Positions 20,383-30,881 of a stretch of DNA of 61,100 bases are shown piece after piece. A program made the translations under genes and the position numbers. The DNA is from a virus (taxonomy: Duplodnaviria; Caudoviricetes). The stretch lies in the IMG/VR virus record IMGVR_UViG_3300032259_000005, positions 1 through 61,100 of that record; one strand, 5' to 3'. Under the pieces are notes generated by a model. The model searched no databases and was not told the origin of the DNA. It worked only from the letters and a program-made list of their open reading frames with translations. The stretch's first letter is position 1; each line of letters starts with the position of its first letter.

Positions 20383-21063
20383 TTATACTGCGCCGCTGAC
20401 TCTCTTCTTGTCAACGCCGATACCAGAAGTAAGATTAGACAATACGTACCCTTGGTTATGCCATGGCGTTACCGCCGTAGCAACAAAGGTGCATGCTTCA
20501 TCTGTTGTGATATCGTCGATACTCATACCAGAACCACAGTTCAGAAGTTCCACACCGTGGATCTTCATAACAGCAAATGAGCCATACTCATTAGCTGCTG
20601 TGACTACTACCTCGAAGGGTAGAATCTGGTCGTGGTAACGAGGTCTAGCTAGAACCTTATCTAGTGTCACAGTTCTTAGTCCGAACTTTCCTACGGAAGA
20701 GTTCTCTACCCCATTCAATTCAATGGCTGGGATACTAACATCAGCAATGACACCGAAGTGCGTTTCGCTTTTGCCAATTAAGAATGGAACGTCATTAAAG
20801 GCATCGATCAGGGCTGACCTGTCGAAGACCATAAAGATAAGTGAACCAGCAATGCCCCTCTTTCCACGAGAGAAAGAACGAGGATCTGCGCTACCCATGG
20901 TATAGATTGGTGCCTTCTCCCTTTGAACGGTATATGAAATACCTTGGAGCTCTCCAATGAGAGTTCCGCCAAAGGTGACTAGCATGTCTACGCCAGAGAA
21001 AGAGTTATACGTTTTAGTATAACTGTCAAGAGTTGTAGGATTTACAGGTGTTTGTGCAACCAT
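20383..21063 (-). CDS. Major tail tube protein
   Basis: Directly after the sheath, with a GGAGG RBS. SFSGVD...GELQGISYTVQREKAPIYTMGSADPRSFSRGKRGIAGSLIF is a tube-type motif of large myophages. Confidence 0.8.
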   Translation of the reverse strand: MVAQTPVNPTTLDSYTKTYNSFSGVDMLVTFGGTLIGELQGISYTVQREKAPIYTMGSADPRSFSRGKRGIAGSLIFMVFDRSALIDAFNDVPFLIGKSETHFGVIADVSIPAIELNGVENSSVGKFGLRTVTLDKVLARPRYHDQILPFEVVVTAANEYGSFAVMKIHGVELLNCGSGMSIDDITTDEACTFVATAVTPWHNQGYVLSNLTSGIGVDKKRVSGAV

Positions 21064-21076
21064 ATTAGATTACCTC

Positions 21077-22606
21077 CTAAATCTCTTTCCGTAGTGAAAC
21101 ATTAAGCGAGATGTTGATTAGCTCGAAAGCTGGTACAAGCGTTAGCTCAATGGTTGCTTCACCAAGGACCTGTTGGTCAGGTGTTGCAGATACGAAGAAT
21201 TGGTAATCGTTAAGAGCAGTTGCTGTCTTCATCTTGGATAGTAGCTTATCTATTTCGGCTGCCATAGCATTTCTATGTGCGGCTGAATTAGGCTCACCAA
21301 TGAATCGGTCACCAACAGCTCTGACTATATCAATCGCTGCATCAACAATACGTACAGTAGTAAGCCTAGTAAAGTCAGACCTTACAAACTTACTAACATT
21401 ATGTGCCCCAGTAATTGCGCTAGAAACTACAAAACCTGTCGACCTCTTATGGAAAGTCACTATTCTACGGCCCACAATGCCATTGGCTTGTGAGCTAGAT
21501 AGTGGTCTCTGAGGTGACAGACTTGCGATCTGCTTGTTAGTTGGGGCTGAGTGTGGTCTAAGTCGAGACATAAACCCAGCATAAGCAGCTGCTCCATCAG
21601 TAGTGTGGAACGTGTTGCTTGCGGAAGCACCTACACCAAGAGCAAGATTTCTTGTCAATGATGTTGATGTGCGGAGTGGAGATCCAACAACTGTAATACG
21701 TGATCCAACATCTACCTTATTACCAAGCCTGTCCGTTGCTAGCGTACCAGCAGTGGTCTGTGCTTGCCAGTGATTCCAGTATGAACTGTTCACTGACACA
21801 GCGCCATTGGCGTTGTTCGTTGGATAATAGTTTGCACTTTCATCCTCTGAACCATTAAGGTATGAACTCCAGATTGTGGGGAACACAGCATTACCTGGTT
21901 CGACAATTGGAGTAGATGTTTGTGATGCGTATTTTGCCCACTCTGATACCAGTGCTGTAGACGGGCTTCCGAAGAAGTAATCCCCATCATCTTCAACAAT
22001 ACTTAATACCTCACCAGATACGGCACTGTTTCCAGTGCTAATATCGGTTTGATATACATCAGCCCAGTGCACAACAGGCATCATCGAGATGACACCTACT
22101 GCTGAGCTATCGATTTCAGTAGTACTTTGATAACAGAAGTTTGCAAGTTGTTTACCATATCCACCTGTTGACGGTACATCGTCTGCGTATGCCCCTACGG
22201 GCACGACAATGTCAACGTCTCTATCTAGTAAGATATCATATGCTGTACTGAGGTCAGCGTAACGCACTGCGCCACCTGCGCCACCTGTAACAGCAATGTA
22301 ATCTCTCAAGGCTTGACCACTAACGTGCCCAATGACCATAAGTTCAATAGCACCTGCTCCTGCCAACGCAGCTTCTTCGGCAGCTAGGGCTAGTTCCCCT
22401 GGGTAAACATTACCCGAGAGTCCACTAAACCATAGTTGTGAAGTTGCCTGGCCAAGGTTAGTAATAGTTAAAGGCTCATTGATCGGAATCAAAAGATTCG
22501 ATGTGATGCCTAGTAACGTAACCTTAGGCCCGCTTGGGGGAGGAGATACTTGTAAACCTAGGTCATTCAGAGTTACTGTCGTACCCGGAAGATTGGGAAA
22601 AGCCAT
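21077..22606 (-). CDS. Tail sheath protein
   Basis: N-terminal LPG(T)TV and a C-terminal sheath domain RLTTVRIVD...FIGEPN...IELTLVPAFELINI. GGAGG RBS. Confidence 0.9.
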   Translation of the reverse strand: MAFPNLPGTTVTLNDLGLQVSPPPSGPKVTLLGITSNLLIPINEPLTITNLGQATSQLWFSGLSGNVYPGELALAAEEAALAGAGAIELMVIGHVSGQALRDYIAVTGGAGGAVRYADLSTAYDILLDRDVDIVVPVGAYADDVPSTGGYGKQLANFCYQSTTEIDSSAVGVISMMPVVHWADVYQTDISTGNSAVSGEVLSIVEDDGDYFFGSPSTALVSEWAKYASQTSTPIVEPGNAVFPTIWSSYLNGSEDESANYYPTNNANGAVSVNSSYWNHWQAQTTAGTLATDRLGNKVDVGSRITVVGSPLRTSTSLTRNLALGVGASASNTFHTTDGAAAYAGFMSRLRPHSAPTNKQIASLSPQRPLSSSQANGIVGRRIVTFHKRSTGFVVSSAITGAHNVSKFVRSDFTRLTTVRIVDAAIDIVRAVGDRFIGEPNSAAHRNAMAAEIDKLLSKMKTATALNDYQFFVSATPDQQVLGEATIELTLVPAFELINISLNVSLRKEI

Positions 22607-22624
22607 AATAATTAGCCTCCTAGG

Positions 22625-23719
22625 TTAAAAGTTCCCATCGTTTATAGTAAAACTGCCAAACAAATATTCGCCGTCCGAATTTTTGAACAAGTCATTATAC
22701 GCTTTCACTGTTAACTGGCCAGGAGCTACCACCTTTTGATCGGCAATGTAAGTAAAATAATCTACTTGTAACTCTGAGTCAACTTCGAATGTATAATCTA
22801 TGCTCACTATATCCTTACGGGTGACTATATCTATATCTTCTGTTCTTACAAAGTACTGCAGTGTTCTACTTATGAGGTCTTGCCTCCACTTCGTAACTGC
22901 GGAATCACGTAGCCGTTGCCAGAAGAGCATCTCCTGAACACCGTTACGTTTAAGTATAGGAATATATAGACTCAGAAACTTCTTGAACCAATTTGCCAGT
23001 TTATTGGAAGCGAAATTGTCTGTGGTCCAGCAGTCAAACTGAACCAAGTTATCAAAGGTTTGCACACGAACATCAATACTGTGACCTGGGTTATCAGGAT
23101 CCTTCAAGAGTTCACGAGGTCGTCCCTTGTATAATTTTTGGGGACCAAACGGTTCCCGACCGAAGGTACCTGGTTCCTCACGAATGAGAGCCCAAGTAAC
23201 TGTTGGAATCATAGGTCCCGCATCTATCTCTGTTTCGTTAACAGATTGCTGAGACCCTTGTGGAATTTGTAGAGGAGCTGAGAACTCCTGAGTGAAACGT
23301 ACTCTATCCTTGATATCAATGAACTTAAGTTTATGCAATAAGTTCTTGTCAGGAGGAGTAGTAGAACTAATTCTTACTAGCCCTTCCCATCTCTTAGTCT
23401 TAGGATTGGAGACAATGTCTTCAATGACATACACTTCATTAGTTGTAGTGTTAATCATTCTTGTCCCTTCATCTGGCTTAAGAAATAGATAAGGCATATG
23501 CAGAAGATTCTTATCTATGCTATGTGGATAGTATGTCATCTCATAGAACTCAAGGAGCTGGTTAATCATACCCATGGATTGATCCAGGTTAGCACCACGC
23601 TCTCTAACTGACATGTCAGGAGAGAAGGCAGTACCATAGTTAACCCTATATTCATAGGGCTCATAATATGGATCTATATCCTGCAGTACTGGTCTGCCTC
23701 TATTGTCTTCGTGTGACAT
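22625..23719 (-). CDS. Neck / tail-terminator-like protein
   Basis: Just upstream of the sheath. PTVTW...FDNLVQFDCW...ANWF...SRTLQYFVRTE pattern typical of tail-completion proteins. Confidence 0.55.
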   Translation of the reverse strand: MSHEDNRGRPVLQDIDPYYEPYEYRVNYGTAFSPDMSVRERGANLDQSMGMINQLLEFYEMTYYPHSIDKNLLHMPYLFLKPDEGTRMINTTTNEVYVIEDIVSNPKTKRWEGLVRISSTTPPDKNLLHKLKFIDIKDRVRFTQEFSAPLQIPQGSQQSVNETEIDAGPMIPTVTWALIREEPGTFGREPFGPQKLYKGRPRELLKDPDNPGHSIDVRVQTFDNLVQFDCWTTDNFASNKLANWFKKFLSLYIPILKRNGVQEMLFWQRLRDSAVTKWRQDLISRTLQYFVRTEDIDIVTRKDIVSIDYTFEVDSELQVDYFTYIADQKVVAPGQLTVKAYNDLFKNSDGEYLFGSFTINDGNF

Positions 23720-24228
23720 TATTTTTGTATGATGCCCTGGCCTCTAGTGAAGTTACGCTCTTCTACGAAGCATCTCCAGAATTCTATGCGGCCTTTGTCT
23801 CCTCTTAGAGGGAAGGCCCCTTGTATTTTAAATACCCTTGTTATCTTGAATGGCTGAATAGGAGCGCCAGTTACTTCATTAAGCTCTAGCTCTACAATGT
23901 AATCTGTAGACTTAGGCTGCTTATCATGTTCTATAATAAAGACTTCTGCCTCAGTGTTTACATTGCCTATCTGTGTTGCAAAATCAAAGCCTGGTGTGGA
24001 TAGATATCTAAATCCCTGAGTGACCTTATCTACAAAAGGATATCCAGAGCCAAGGCAAGTAATACAGTCAGGGTTAGGACCTTCTGTCTCTGCCCCTATG
24101 CTCTTTAAACATTCAGTGCAACGTTGAGATAAACTTGCAGTTCTTAATGCGACCCAATAGAAGCCAACCGCTTCTCTGATTGTATCGATCTCTTTACGTA
24201 AGTCAATGAATGTTATTTTCTTCGCCAA
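23719..24228 (-). CDS. Head-closure / neck protein with Zn-finger (CxxC...CxxC)
   Basis: CTEC...CITCLGSGY and C-terminal PLRGDKGRIEFW. Located in the neck module. Confidence 0.55.
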   Translation of the reverse strand: MAKKITFIDLRKEIDTIREAVGFYWVALRTASLSQRCTECLKSIGAETEGPNPDCITCLGSGYPFVDKVTQGFRYLSTPGFDFATQIGNVNTEAEVFIIEHDKQPKSTDYIVELELNEVTGAPIQPFKITRVFKIQGAFPLRGDKGRIEFWRCFVEERNFTRGQGIIQK

Positions 24229-24447
24229 TTACTTGCCGCCATTAGCCATTTTTCGCAAAGTACTTATTGTACTTTTTGGAATACTTCTAGCGCTCTCTTG
24301 CTTCATGCCTGGTGGCATCACTCTTTTAATAGGATTAGGTTGACACAATGGTTCATGACAATTCTGTGCTGCCTGTAGCTGCTGTGGATCATTAAACCCT
24401 AGTGGTTTAGCAGGGTTTATTCTGTGATTAGTCTTGAAGGCGCCCAT
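24229..24447 (-). CDS. Small basic hypothetical virion protein
   Basis: ATG at 24447 lies 1 nt after the upstream TAA and is preferred over the TTG start in the track. Confidence 0.5.
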   Translation of the reverse strand: MGAFKTNHRINPAKPLGFNDPQQLQAAQNCHEPLCQPNPIKRVMPPGMKQESARSIPKSTISTLRKMANGGK

Positions 24448-24448
24448 A

Positions 24449-24619
24449 TTAACCGCCAATCATCCAGGGGCCTTTGCCTCTAGTGATGGTAAGAGGCTTG
24501 GTCTCCGGTGGCTCACCCTTTGTTTGTGGCACTGGGTTCGTCTTGGGGTTAGTCATCTCTTGAGTAACCTGCTTAACTACTGAAGCGTAGTTCTTTGAGT
24601 TCTTATTCTGTTCTGCCAT
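24449..24619 (-). CDS. Small hypothetical protein (56 aa, MAEQNKNSKN...KGPWMIGG)
   Basis: Fills the gap between neighbours, with an AAGGA RBS upstream. Below the ORF-track size cutoff. Confidence 0.55.
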   Translation of the reverse strand: MAEQNKNSKNYASVVKQVTQEMTNPKTNPVPQTKGEPPETKPLTITRGKGPWMIGG

Positions 24620-24648
24620 TTTATTGTTCCTTGATTATTGCTCTATAT

Positions 24649-26001
24649 TTACTTAGGCTTTACTTTAGCCGCTCTATTCAGATCGGAGTTAGCTGCAGGT
24701 ATATCCGGTTGATAAGTTTTGAATCTTTCTGATACTAGTTTTCCGTTAACGCCATGCCATAATCTGTCTGGCCTGTCATAATAATTACTGACTTTGGCGT
24801 TATCTATCTTTTGTACTAGTAACTTATTGCCAAACAATGTTTTGTCTGCGTCCTCAACGGCCTTGAGAGCTCGTGCATGCTTCAATGCTAGCTTACCTAT
24901 AACAGCATCAATGGATACGTTAAGATCGCCTAGCTGGCGTCTGGTGCCCGCTACGAGAGCCTTCTCTAATTCTTGGTCATCCAGGATATCAACAATGGTC
25001 ATATTGACTATCCATTTTATTGCAGAGAATGAAGGAGCGGTAGCATCGAATGCTGCGTATCTTGTGAGTAAAGCTATAGTGTTCTTAAGTAACATAGCGC
25101 ATATGTAGTCATCTACTAACTCATCTGCTGCAGCTTTGATCTCACGCTTAATCATATGTACGCCAGACACCTTAGGATATCTATCAGTAGCGAACTGCAG
25201 TAAGTAGTTTGATGGTCCAAACTCTGAGCCATCAGTAGCTGTTACTGTCTCCCCTATCTCTACTTGAATACCTACGTTCTTTGGCACCTCGCCGCTGAAC
25301 GTAGCGTATACATATTGACCTGAGCAACTTACCCCTGTTAAGCCAGGTATAGTCCCTGCGCCTAACGTAGTGCCTGATGCGAGATACTGATCCATGTCTA
25401 ATAGAGGGAATGTAGTGACTGTTAACCAGTCATCAGAACATAGGCTACCGGATAAAGGCTTAGTGAATTTTACCTGGATTCTGTTCTGCCCATCTATGCT
25501 AGTGGATATGTCGCATGCATTGTTCTTTGGTAACGTCGTTGCTACCGCGAAATTTCCTAGTGCCTTGATGTGTACAGGGAGATTGAGATCACCCTCTAAA
25601 GATAAGTTTGTAGCATCCTTATCAATAGAGGAGTCATCTATGAATAGACGTAGACCAGTGGTGAACGTCAGTGTAATAGTTGTAGTTAGTACTTCATTGC
25701 TGCTATCAGCAATTGCAAATGATGAACTTATAGCTATGTCTGTACCAGGGAACCTAATAACATACACTGTGCTTTCCTCTAGTACACTCAAAGGTGTTAT
25801 TGTTAGCACCTGTGTGGTCTCGTTATATACGAGATTCTTTGCTACGATCTCATCAGTGGCTACATTCAGTAGTACTACACTAGTATCTTTAACAGAGGAG
25901 GCTAGAAGAGCTACACCAAATGTGACTGTTAACGGCTTGTTGAGGAAAACATCCGTTGCATTGTCTACAGGGGAAGAGCTTTGTACACTTGGCTGGGCCA
26001 T
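24649..26001 (-). CDS. Head-tail adaptor-like protein with N-terminal Ig-like (Big_5-type) domains
   Basis: PSVQSSSPVDNATDV..LTVTF..LTITP..L..STVY Ig-like pattern, repeated. Helical C-terminus with RRQLGDLNVS. Located after the capsid genes. Confidence 0.6.
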   Translation of the reverse strand: MAQPSVQSSSPVDNATDVFLNKPLTVTFGVALLASSVKDTSVVLLNVATDEIVAKNLVYNETTQVLTITPLSVLEESTVYVIRFPGTDIAISSSFAIADSSNEVLTTTITLTFTTGLRLFIDDSSIDKDATNLSLEGDLNLPVHIKALGNFAVATTLPKNNACDISTSIDGQNRIQVKFTKPLSGSLCSDDWLTVTTFPLLDMDQYLASGTTLGAGTIPGLTGVSCSGQYVYATFSGEVPKNVGIQVEIGETVTATDGSEFGPSNYLLQFATDRYPKVSGVHMIKREIKAAADELVDDYICAMLLKNTIALLTRYAAFDATAPSFSAIKWIVNMTIVDILDDQELEKALVAGTRRQLGDLNVSIDAVIGKLALKHARALKAVEDADKTLFGNKLLVQKIDNAKVSNYYDRPDRLWHGVNGKLVSERFKTYQPDIPAANSDLNRAAKVKPK

Positions 26002-26017
26002 CTAGTCTCCTCTTAAA

Positions 26018-26680
26018 TTAACCTAGAGCCTTGTCAATTGCTTTGGCTCTATCTGGATCTAATTTTTGCTTATCTAGTTGCTTTTGTCGTTTCGACACTT
26101 TAGCACTTTGTATAGGCTTTTTAACTTTTGGTTCTCTACTATCTTTAACTGTACCTTCAGTTAAGTCAATGTGAACCTCATATGCTTCATCTGGCTCGTC
26201 CTTTACAACTTGAACTGGGCCAGTATATGCTTCTATGGCAGCCTCGAAAAATGAAACCCATTCTTTTCTATGAGTAGTCTCAAGCTCGGTCTTCAAGCAA
26301 TAAGACAAGATCTCTAATGGAGTACAGTTTTTTACCGCTGTCATTTTTACTAGTTCAATGAATGGTTCTTTTTCCCTTGACTTTAAAGGCTTTCCTTTTG
26401 CCATAAGCCAGTACTTTTCTAAGACAGATGTATCTTTAATTTTAGCTGGTAACCATTGCTTTCCTAACACAATATTATTGGATCTTAGCCCATTAGTTAT
26501 CATGTCTACAGTTCCTTGATCTAATCCCTTAGGAAGCTCTGTATACCAGTCATCCGTAGATAACCATATCTCTGGTCTTCCTTCTTTGGTCATAGGTCCG
26601 CAACCAAAGTATGGTCCGTACTTCTGATTCAAGGAGATCGTTTGTCCTTCGTAATTCTTAATTAATCCTAATTTTGTCAT
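26018..26680 (-). CDS. Hypothetical protein after the major capsid gene
   Basis: Long ORF co-oriented with the operon. Basic C-terminus. Confidence 0.6.
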   Translation of the reverse strand: MTKLGLIKNYEGQTISLNQKYGPYFGCGPMTKEGRPEIWLSTDDWYTELPKGLDQGTVDMITNGLRSNNIVLGKQWLPAKIKDTSVLEKYWLMAKGKPLKSREKEPFIELVKMTAVKNCTPLEILSYCLKTELETTHRKEWVSFFEAAIEAYTGPVQVVKDEPDEAYEVHIDLTEGTVKDSREPKVKKPIQSAKVSKRQKQLDKQKLDPDRAKAIDKALG

Positions 26681-26704
26681 TGTAATAAGTTTTGTATGAA
26701 ATGA

Positions 26705-26740
26705 TTGAGCCCCCTAGGAACGGATCCCTAGGAGGCCCAA
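26705..26740 (-). terminator. Long stem-loop downstream of the major capsid gene (likely terminator)
   Basis: Minus strand TTGGGCCTCCTAGGGA-TCCG-TTCCTAGGGGGCTCAA forms 16 bp with three G-U pairs and is followed by TCATTTTC. Confidence 0.65.
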
Positions 26741-26786
26741 TAGAAATCTATAAGATAACTAGACTCCTAGCGGAGTTAGCTTAACC

Positions 26787-28232
26787 CTACGGAGTGTTAC
26801 TAGTAATAGCGCCACTGTATGTAGGATCAGTATGAAGGGGGTTAGTGAGGTCACCAGTGTTGTACTGCACAGAGATGTTCGTCTTAAAGTCGAAACTCTG
26901 AGCCAGTGAAATACCATTGACTTGGCCTGAACCTTTGCCTTCGTTCATACTACCGATACCGTAACGCTCACGAAGCTTCACTTTACGGATATCTCTTGCT
27001 GGATCGTCCCAGCTTTCAGTCATGACTTCTTCGTCCACAACAAGAACGCCTAGCTCACTCGTGTCACAAAGGATCATGTCCGTAGTATCAGAGCTAGCAT
27101 AGTGTGGCATGTATGGCGACACGATGATTCTGAATGGGTACGGGAAGATCGATGGAACATTAGTAAAGGAAGTGGCAACGTTCTTAGGAGCTGTTACAGT
27201 GGTATTCTGTAGCAGGCCATTTCCGAAGCCACCATTGCCCCACTCAGAGGCATTGCCAGGAGCGCCCTGCATTTGTCCCCACATGGCTGCGCCATTGTTG
27301 AACCCGAAGATCCTTTGTAGACCTTCGTCCGCAAAGATTTCCCAACCAAACGCATTCATAAGAAGCGCGTTAGGAATGAATCCTCTGTTCACCATTGTAG
27401 CGTACATAGTAAAGATATCATGCAGTGATAACGTACCGTTGAACCCACCAGTGGCATTACGGCCAGTTGATGACTTAGCGGTAGCCGCTGTGTTGTCAAG
27501 TAGAACGTTGGATCCACCAGCATTACTAATAATCTGGTCAGATACCTTCTGCTCTTTATGACGGATAAGAGCACGACCTGCGGCTCTTAGGTGCATTGAC
27601 ATCACGTCGTACAGTGAATACCGGATCATCTCTTCAGTCATTTTCACGGCAACACCGGATTTACCGATGATTGCCACGACTTGACCAGCGAAGTCCAGGC
27701 TTCTTTCAGGGTACTCGCCACCTTCTGCGATGTCAGCTGCTGTGATAGCGCCGACTGCAGGGAAAGTTAACTGTGTACCATGAGAGTAGTTGATTCTCTG
27801 TAGTAGTGGAGTCAAAACGATATTAGGCTCAATGGCTTCTTTAACAACCTCACTAATGACTCTAGGAATCAGTAGCGGATGGTCAGTAGAGAAGTTGTCC
27901 ATTGCTTCAAGAGCAGCTCTGTTCTCTCCATTGAACTTCTTATCAAGCTCCATGAATTCACTCATGGTAAGGATTGATTTGCCGTTAGGTAGCTTACCGT
28001 TATTCTTCCAAATATTAGTAGCTCTATCTAACCGCTTCTTATCCTCGACATAAAAAGTTCTCTCGCCTGCGTCAACTTCTTCGAAGTCAACTTCATCTTT
28101 CGTTTCAATGCTATTTCTAGCATTTTCTATTTCTTGCTTCATGCCATCATGAAGCTTTACGAGCACTTCCCTTTGGTCTTCGTCAAAGACTGCAAGGTCG
28201 GATTCGTCTAGTAATTGATCTAGTTCTTCCAT
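26787..28232 (-). CDS. Major capsid protein (HK97 fold)
   Basis: LIPRVISEVVKEA, IAEGGEYPE, KSGVAVKMTEEMI, PNALLMN, WDDPARDIRKVKLRERYG. Follows the protease and decoration genes. Confidence 0.9.
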   Translation of the reverse strand: MEELDQLLDESDLAVFDEDQREVLVKLHDGMKQEIENARNSIETKDEVDFEEVDAGERTFYVEDKKRLDRATNIWKNNGKLPNGKSILTMSEFMELDKKFNGENRAALEAMDNFSTDHPLLIPRVISEVVKEAIEPNIVLTPLLQRINYSHGTQLTFPAVGAITAADIAEGGEYPERSLDFAGQVVAIIGKSGVAVKMTEEMIRYSLYDVMSMHLRAAGRALIRHKEQKVSDQIISNAGGSNVLLDNTAATAKSSTGRNATGGFNGTLSLHDIFTMYATMVNRGFIPNALLMNAFGWEIFADEGLQRIFGFNNGAAMWGQMQGAPGNASEWGNGGFGNGLLQNTTVTAPKNVATSFTNVPSIFPYPFRIIVSPYMPHYASSDTTDMILCDTSELGVLVVDEEVMTESWDDPARDIRKVKLRERYGIGSMNEGKGSGQVNGISLAQSFDFKTNISVQYNTGDLTNPLHTDPTYSGAITSNTP

Positions 28233-28250
28233 TTTTTAGTCCTTTCTGTC

Positions 28251-29114
28251 TTATAGACGAATTAATAGGGTTAGCGCATGATAGGTGCCATTGCCATCGG
28301 CTTGGGCTTTTTGTAGCCAAGCTGGGACGCCGCCAGTACCTGAACCTGCAAGACCCAGACCAGGAACGGTCTGAACTTTGTCAAGTCCTTTGAATTCTGC
28401 TGAACCAGCTGTAGTAATACTAGCAGTGGTGTCAGCATCGTAGACTGTGTTAACAGCCGCTGTGCCATCAGCAAATTCGATGCGTTGGAAACAACGTCCA
28501 ACGATCCATTTTGCATCGGCAACTGTGTCCTCGTATCTACGGTAACGGCCCATTGGGGCTGTACCAGCAGCTACTTGACCTTGCTCATTAGCAGAAGTAT
28601 CAACCATAACCAGGTCACCAGCTTCAATGAGTCTCTCCTGTGCAGTGATGCATGGGATCTGAATCATGTAGTCAGTAACCATACCAACGTTATCATTTCT
28701 CTTATAGTTCGTGAATGCGTTCTGTAAGTTAAATGAATAGATTGGTTGGTAAACAACACCTAGTGGCTTAACAGGTCCACCTGTTAAGAATAGGGATGTA
28801 TTAGTGATATCTGTAGTTGAGAGGCCCCATGATGCACCATCAGAGTGGTGCCTTAGGACAATATTAGAGCCGCCGGTGACGGCGTGTGCGGGGAATAATT
28901 TTCCAACTGCAACAGAACTGTTCCCTGTAGCAAAACCAACAATCGTACCAGCATCGATAACGATTGGGTCATGATGGAGCTCATCGATTCTTACGGGTGC
29001 AAGGCCCGAATAAGCTTCCATAGGAACAGTACTTGCTTGTGGACGTACTCCCTCGCTCAGCTCCTGATATTGCGGTCTATTAACCGCGTATCCTCTTGGA
29101 GTTCTAAACGCCAT
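28251..29114 (-). CDS. Capsid decoration / cement-like protein
   Basis: Lies between protease and major capsid. Gly/Thr-rich with IEAGDLVMVD and IVGRC motifs. Confidence 0.6.
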   Translation of the reverse strand: MAFRTPRGYAVNRPQYQELSEGVRPQASTVPMEAYSGLAPVRIDELHHDPIVIDAGTIVGFATGNSSVAVGKLFPAHAVTGGSNIVLRHHSDGASWGLSTTDITNTSLFLTGGPVKPLGVVYQPIYSFNLQNAFTNYKRNDNVGMVTDYMIQIPCITAQERLIEAGDLVMVDTSANEQGQVAAGTAPMGRYRRYEDTVADAKWIVGRCFQRIEFADGTAAVNTVYDADTTASITTAGSAEFKGLDKVQTVPGLGLAGSGTGGVPAWLQKAQADGNGTYHALTLLIRL

Positions 29115-29160
29115 ATCTTATCTCCTTAAAAGAAATATATAGTAGGGTAAATAAAAAGTC

Positions 29161-30726
29161 TTAATTGCTTAAGTACTGATTGAAAGAGGTGACTTTTTCT
29201 TTTTGCCTAGAGTTCTTAGACTTTACTTTCTTCTTCTGGTCCGTAGTACTTCTGCTAAGCCCACCCCTTACAGGGTTTTTTGTTTTAGGCTTGTCTAGCA
29301 GGTCCTTAGAACCAAGAGCTGTCGGCTTAATCTCAGAGATCTCGTTTGACAAATCGGCAATCGCATCTTTCAAAGACTCAATCGTACGCTTAGCGTAACC
29401 TTCAATCATCGCAGTACGCTCATCACCCTTAAGGTTTGAAGCGTCTGTTTTGTTTAGGAATGAACGCTTATCAAAGAGAGCAGTCGCATAAGCTGTCCGA
29501 AGCTCAGTCTGAGCATCAGTTAGCGTTTGCCTTACTCTAGATAGTTGTTCATCTCTATCATGAAGTTTTGCTTTTAAGCGTAGGATCTCGGGAGAGTCAT
29601 CTCCCTCAGAATCAGTATCTTCAGATTTCTCTGCTTCAACTTCCTCTGTTTTCTCCTCATCAGCTTTATTGTCAGCTTCTTCTTCAGGGGCTACGACACC
29701 TTCCTTATTTTCTGCTGTAGTTTCTTCTGATGTAGAAGAACTGTTGTCGTCACTGGCCGTTTCGTCAACAGTTGTTTCGTTTGTTTCTTCTTGGACGTCT
29801 TCGTCCTTCTTATCTTTATCCATGGTTGTTTCCTCAATATTCTTTGAATTGAACAGTGGGCTAATAGCTATAATTGTTTTACCGGTAAGTTTTTGTCTAT
29901 CTTCTGATGTGACATATGTCATTGGGCCTTTACTGTCAGATCTTAGGCCTTGAATGAGCCCTACCATCTCTGCTCCATTGCTTAATTTCATATCACAGAT
30001 CTCTGCCATAAGGTCTTCTTTAGAATGGATAACGAATATCTCTTCGCTATCCTGCTTTATAGTCTCAAAGCCAGTAACTAAAGCATGATCATCTCCCGGT
30101 ACGTTGACGGGTGATACTTCCTTGTATGACAATTTACCTGTGATACCAAAACACATGTAGCTACTTCCAGAGCTACCTGCTCTATCTGATGCCACCTTGT
30201 ACGTTTTACCTGGGAGATGGTTACACTCTGAGTCATAATCAGAAAAGTCTTCTCCGCATATACTGCAGAAAAGACCTTGTATCGATTGTCGAGTGGAGAC
30301 TGTGGTAAAGCGACCGTCAACGAATTTCTCGATTGAGTCTTGGTCAAATATCGTAGTCTCTAGTTTAATGAAGCCAGAGCCCTCTCCATTACTGGGGTTG
30401 ACGAAATCCTTATTAAAATCGTCGCCCCTCTTTAATTGGACATAGGTCGCTCCCGTGACCCTGCCAATAGCATCCTTCATGTCATCGTGATGCTTAAGCA
30501 CTGGCTTAGCATAAGGCTTGAGAAAGGAATCGGCCCCAGCTTTCATTTGCTTACCAGGGTATACCCGAAGGTTAGTTAATCGACCAGAATGGGTGGCATC
30601 AATAGTAACAGCTAGATTAGGCTTGCCGCCTGCGCTGATTAAATCGTCAAGCAAATCTTGAGCCCCGTCCTTTAGGACTAGAGGCTTAAAGTCTAAGCTG
30701 TCTATTACTTCTATTTTTCTTGCCAT
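29161..30726 (-). CDS. Prohead protease fused to a scaffold region
   Basis: ATHSG, PVLKHHD..AIGRV, TVS, CSICG..C.H.PG and KEVSPVNVPGD, followed by an acidic low-complexity linker and a coiled coil. Confidence 0.85.
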   Translation of the reverse strand: MARKIEVIDSLDFKPLVLKDGAQDLLDDLISAGGKPNLAVTIDATHSGRLTNLRVYPGKQMKAGADSFLKPYAKPVLKHHDDMKDAIGRVTGATYVQLKRGDDFNKDFVNPSNGEGSGFIKLETTIFDQDSIEKFVDGRFTTVSTRQSIQGLFCSICGEDFSDYDSECNHLPGKTYKVASDRAGSSGSSYMCFGITGKLSYKEVSPVNVPGDDHALVTGFETIKQDSEEIFVIHSKEDLMAEICDMKLSNGAEMVGLIQGLRSDSKGPMTYVTSEDRQKLTGKTIIAISPLFNSKNIEETTMDKDKKDEDVQEETNETTVDETASDDNSSSTSEETTAENKEGVVAPEEEADNKADEEKTEEVEAEKSEDTDSEGDDSPEILRLKAKLHDRDEQLSRVRQTLTDAQTELRTAYATALFDKRSFLNKTDASNLKGDERTAMIEGYAKRTIESLKDAIADLSNEISEIKPTALGSKDLLDKPKTKNPVRGGLSRSTTDQKKKVKSKNSRQKEKVTSFNQYLSN

Positions 30727-30853
30727 CCTTATTAGACCGATCTTTCTTGTCTTTGGGCTTAGAATCCTTCAGCTTTCGGACACGTCTTCGATCCTCATCC
30801 TCAAGCTCTTCCGAAGTTAAATACTCATCCTCAGGATCAATATCTTTACTCAT
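30686..30853 (-). CDS. Small highly charged hypothetical protein
   Basis: ATG at 30853 after the portal stop. The 3' end overlaps the protease start. Confidence 0.4.
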   Translation of the reverse strand: MSKDIDPEDEYLTSEELEDEDRRRVRKLKDSKPKDKKDRSNKDGKKNRSNRQLRL

Positions 30854-30881
30854 GTCTTCTGGTTTCTTTCCGTTCCTATCC

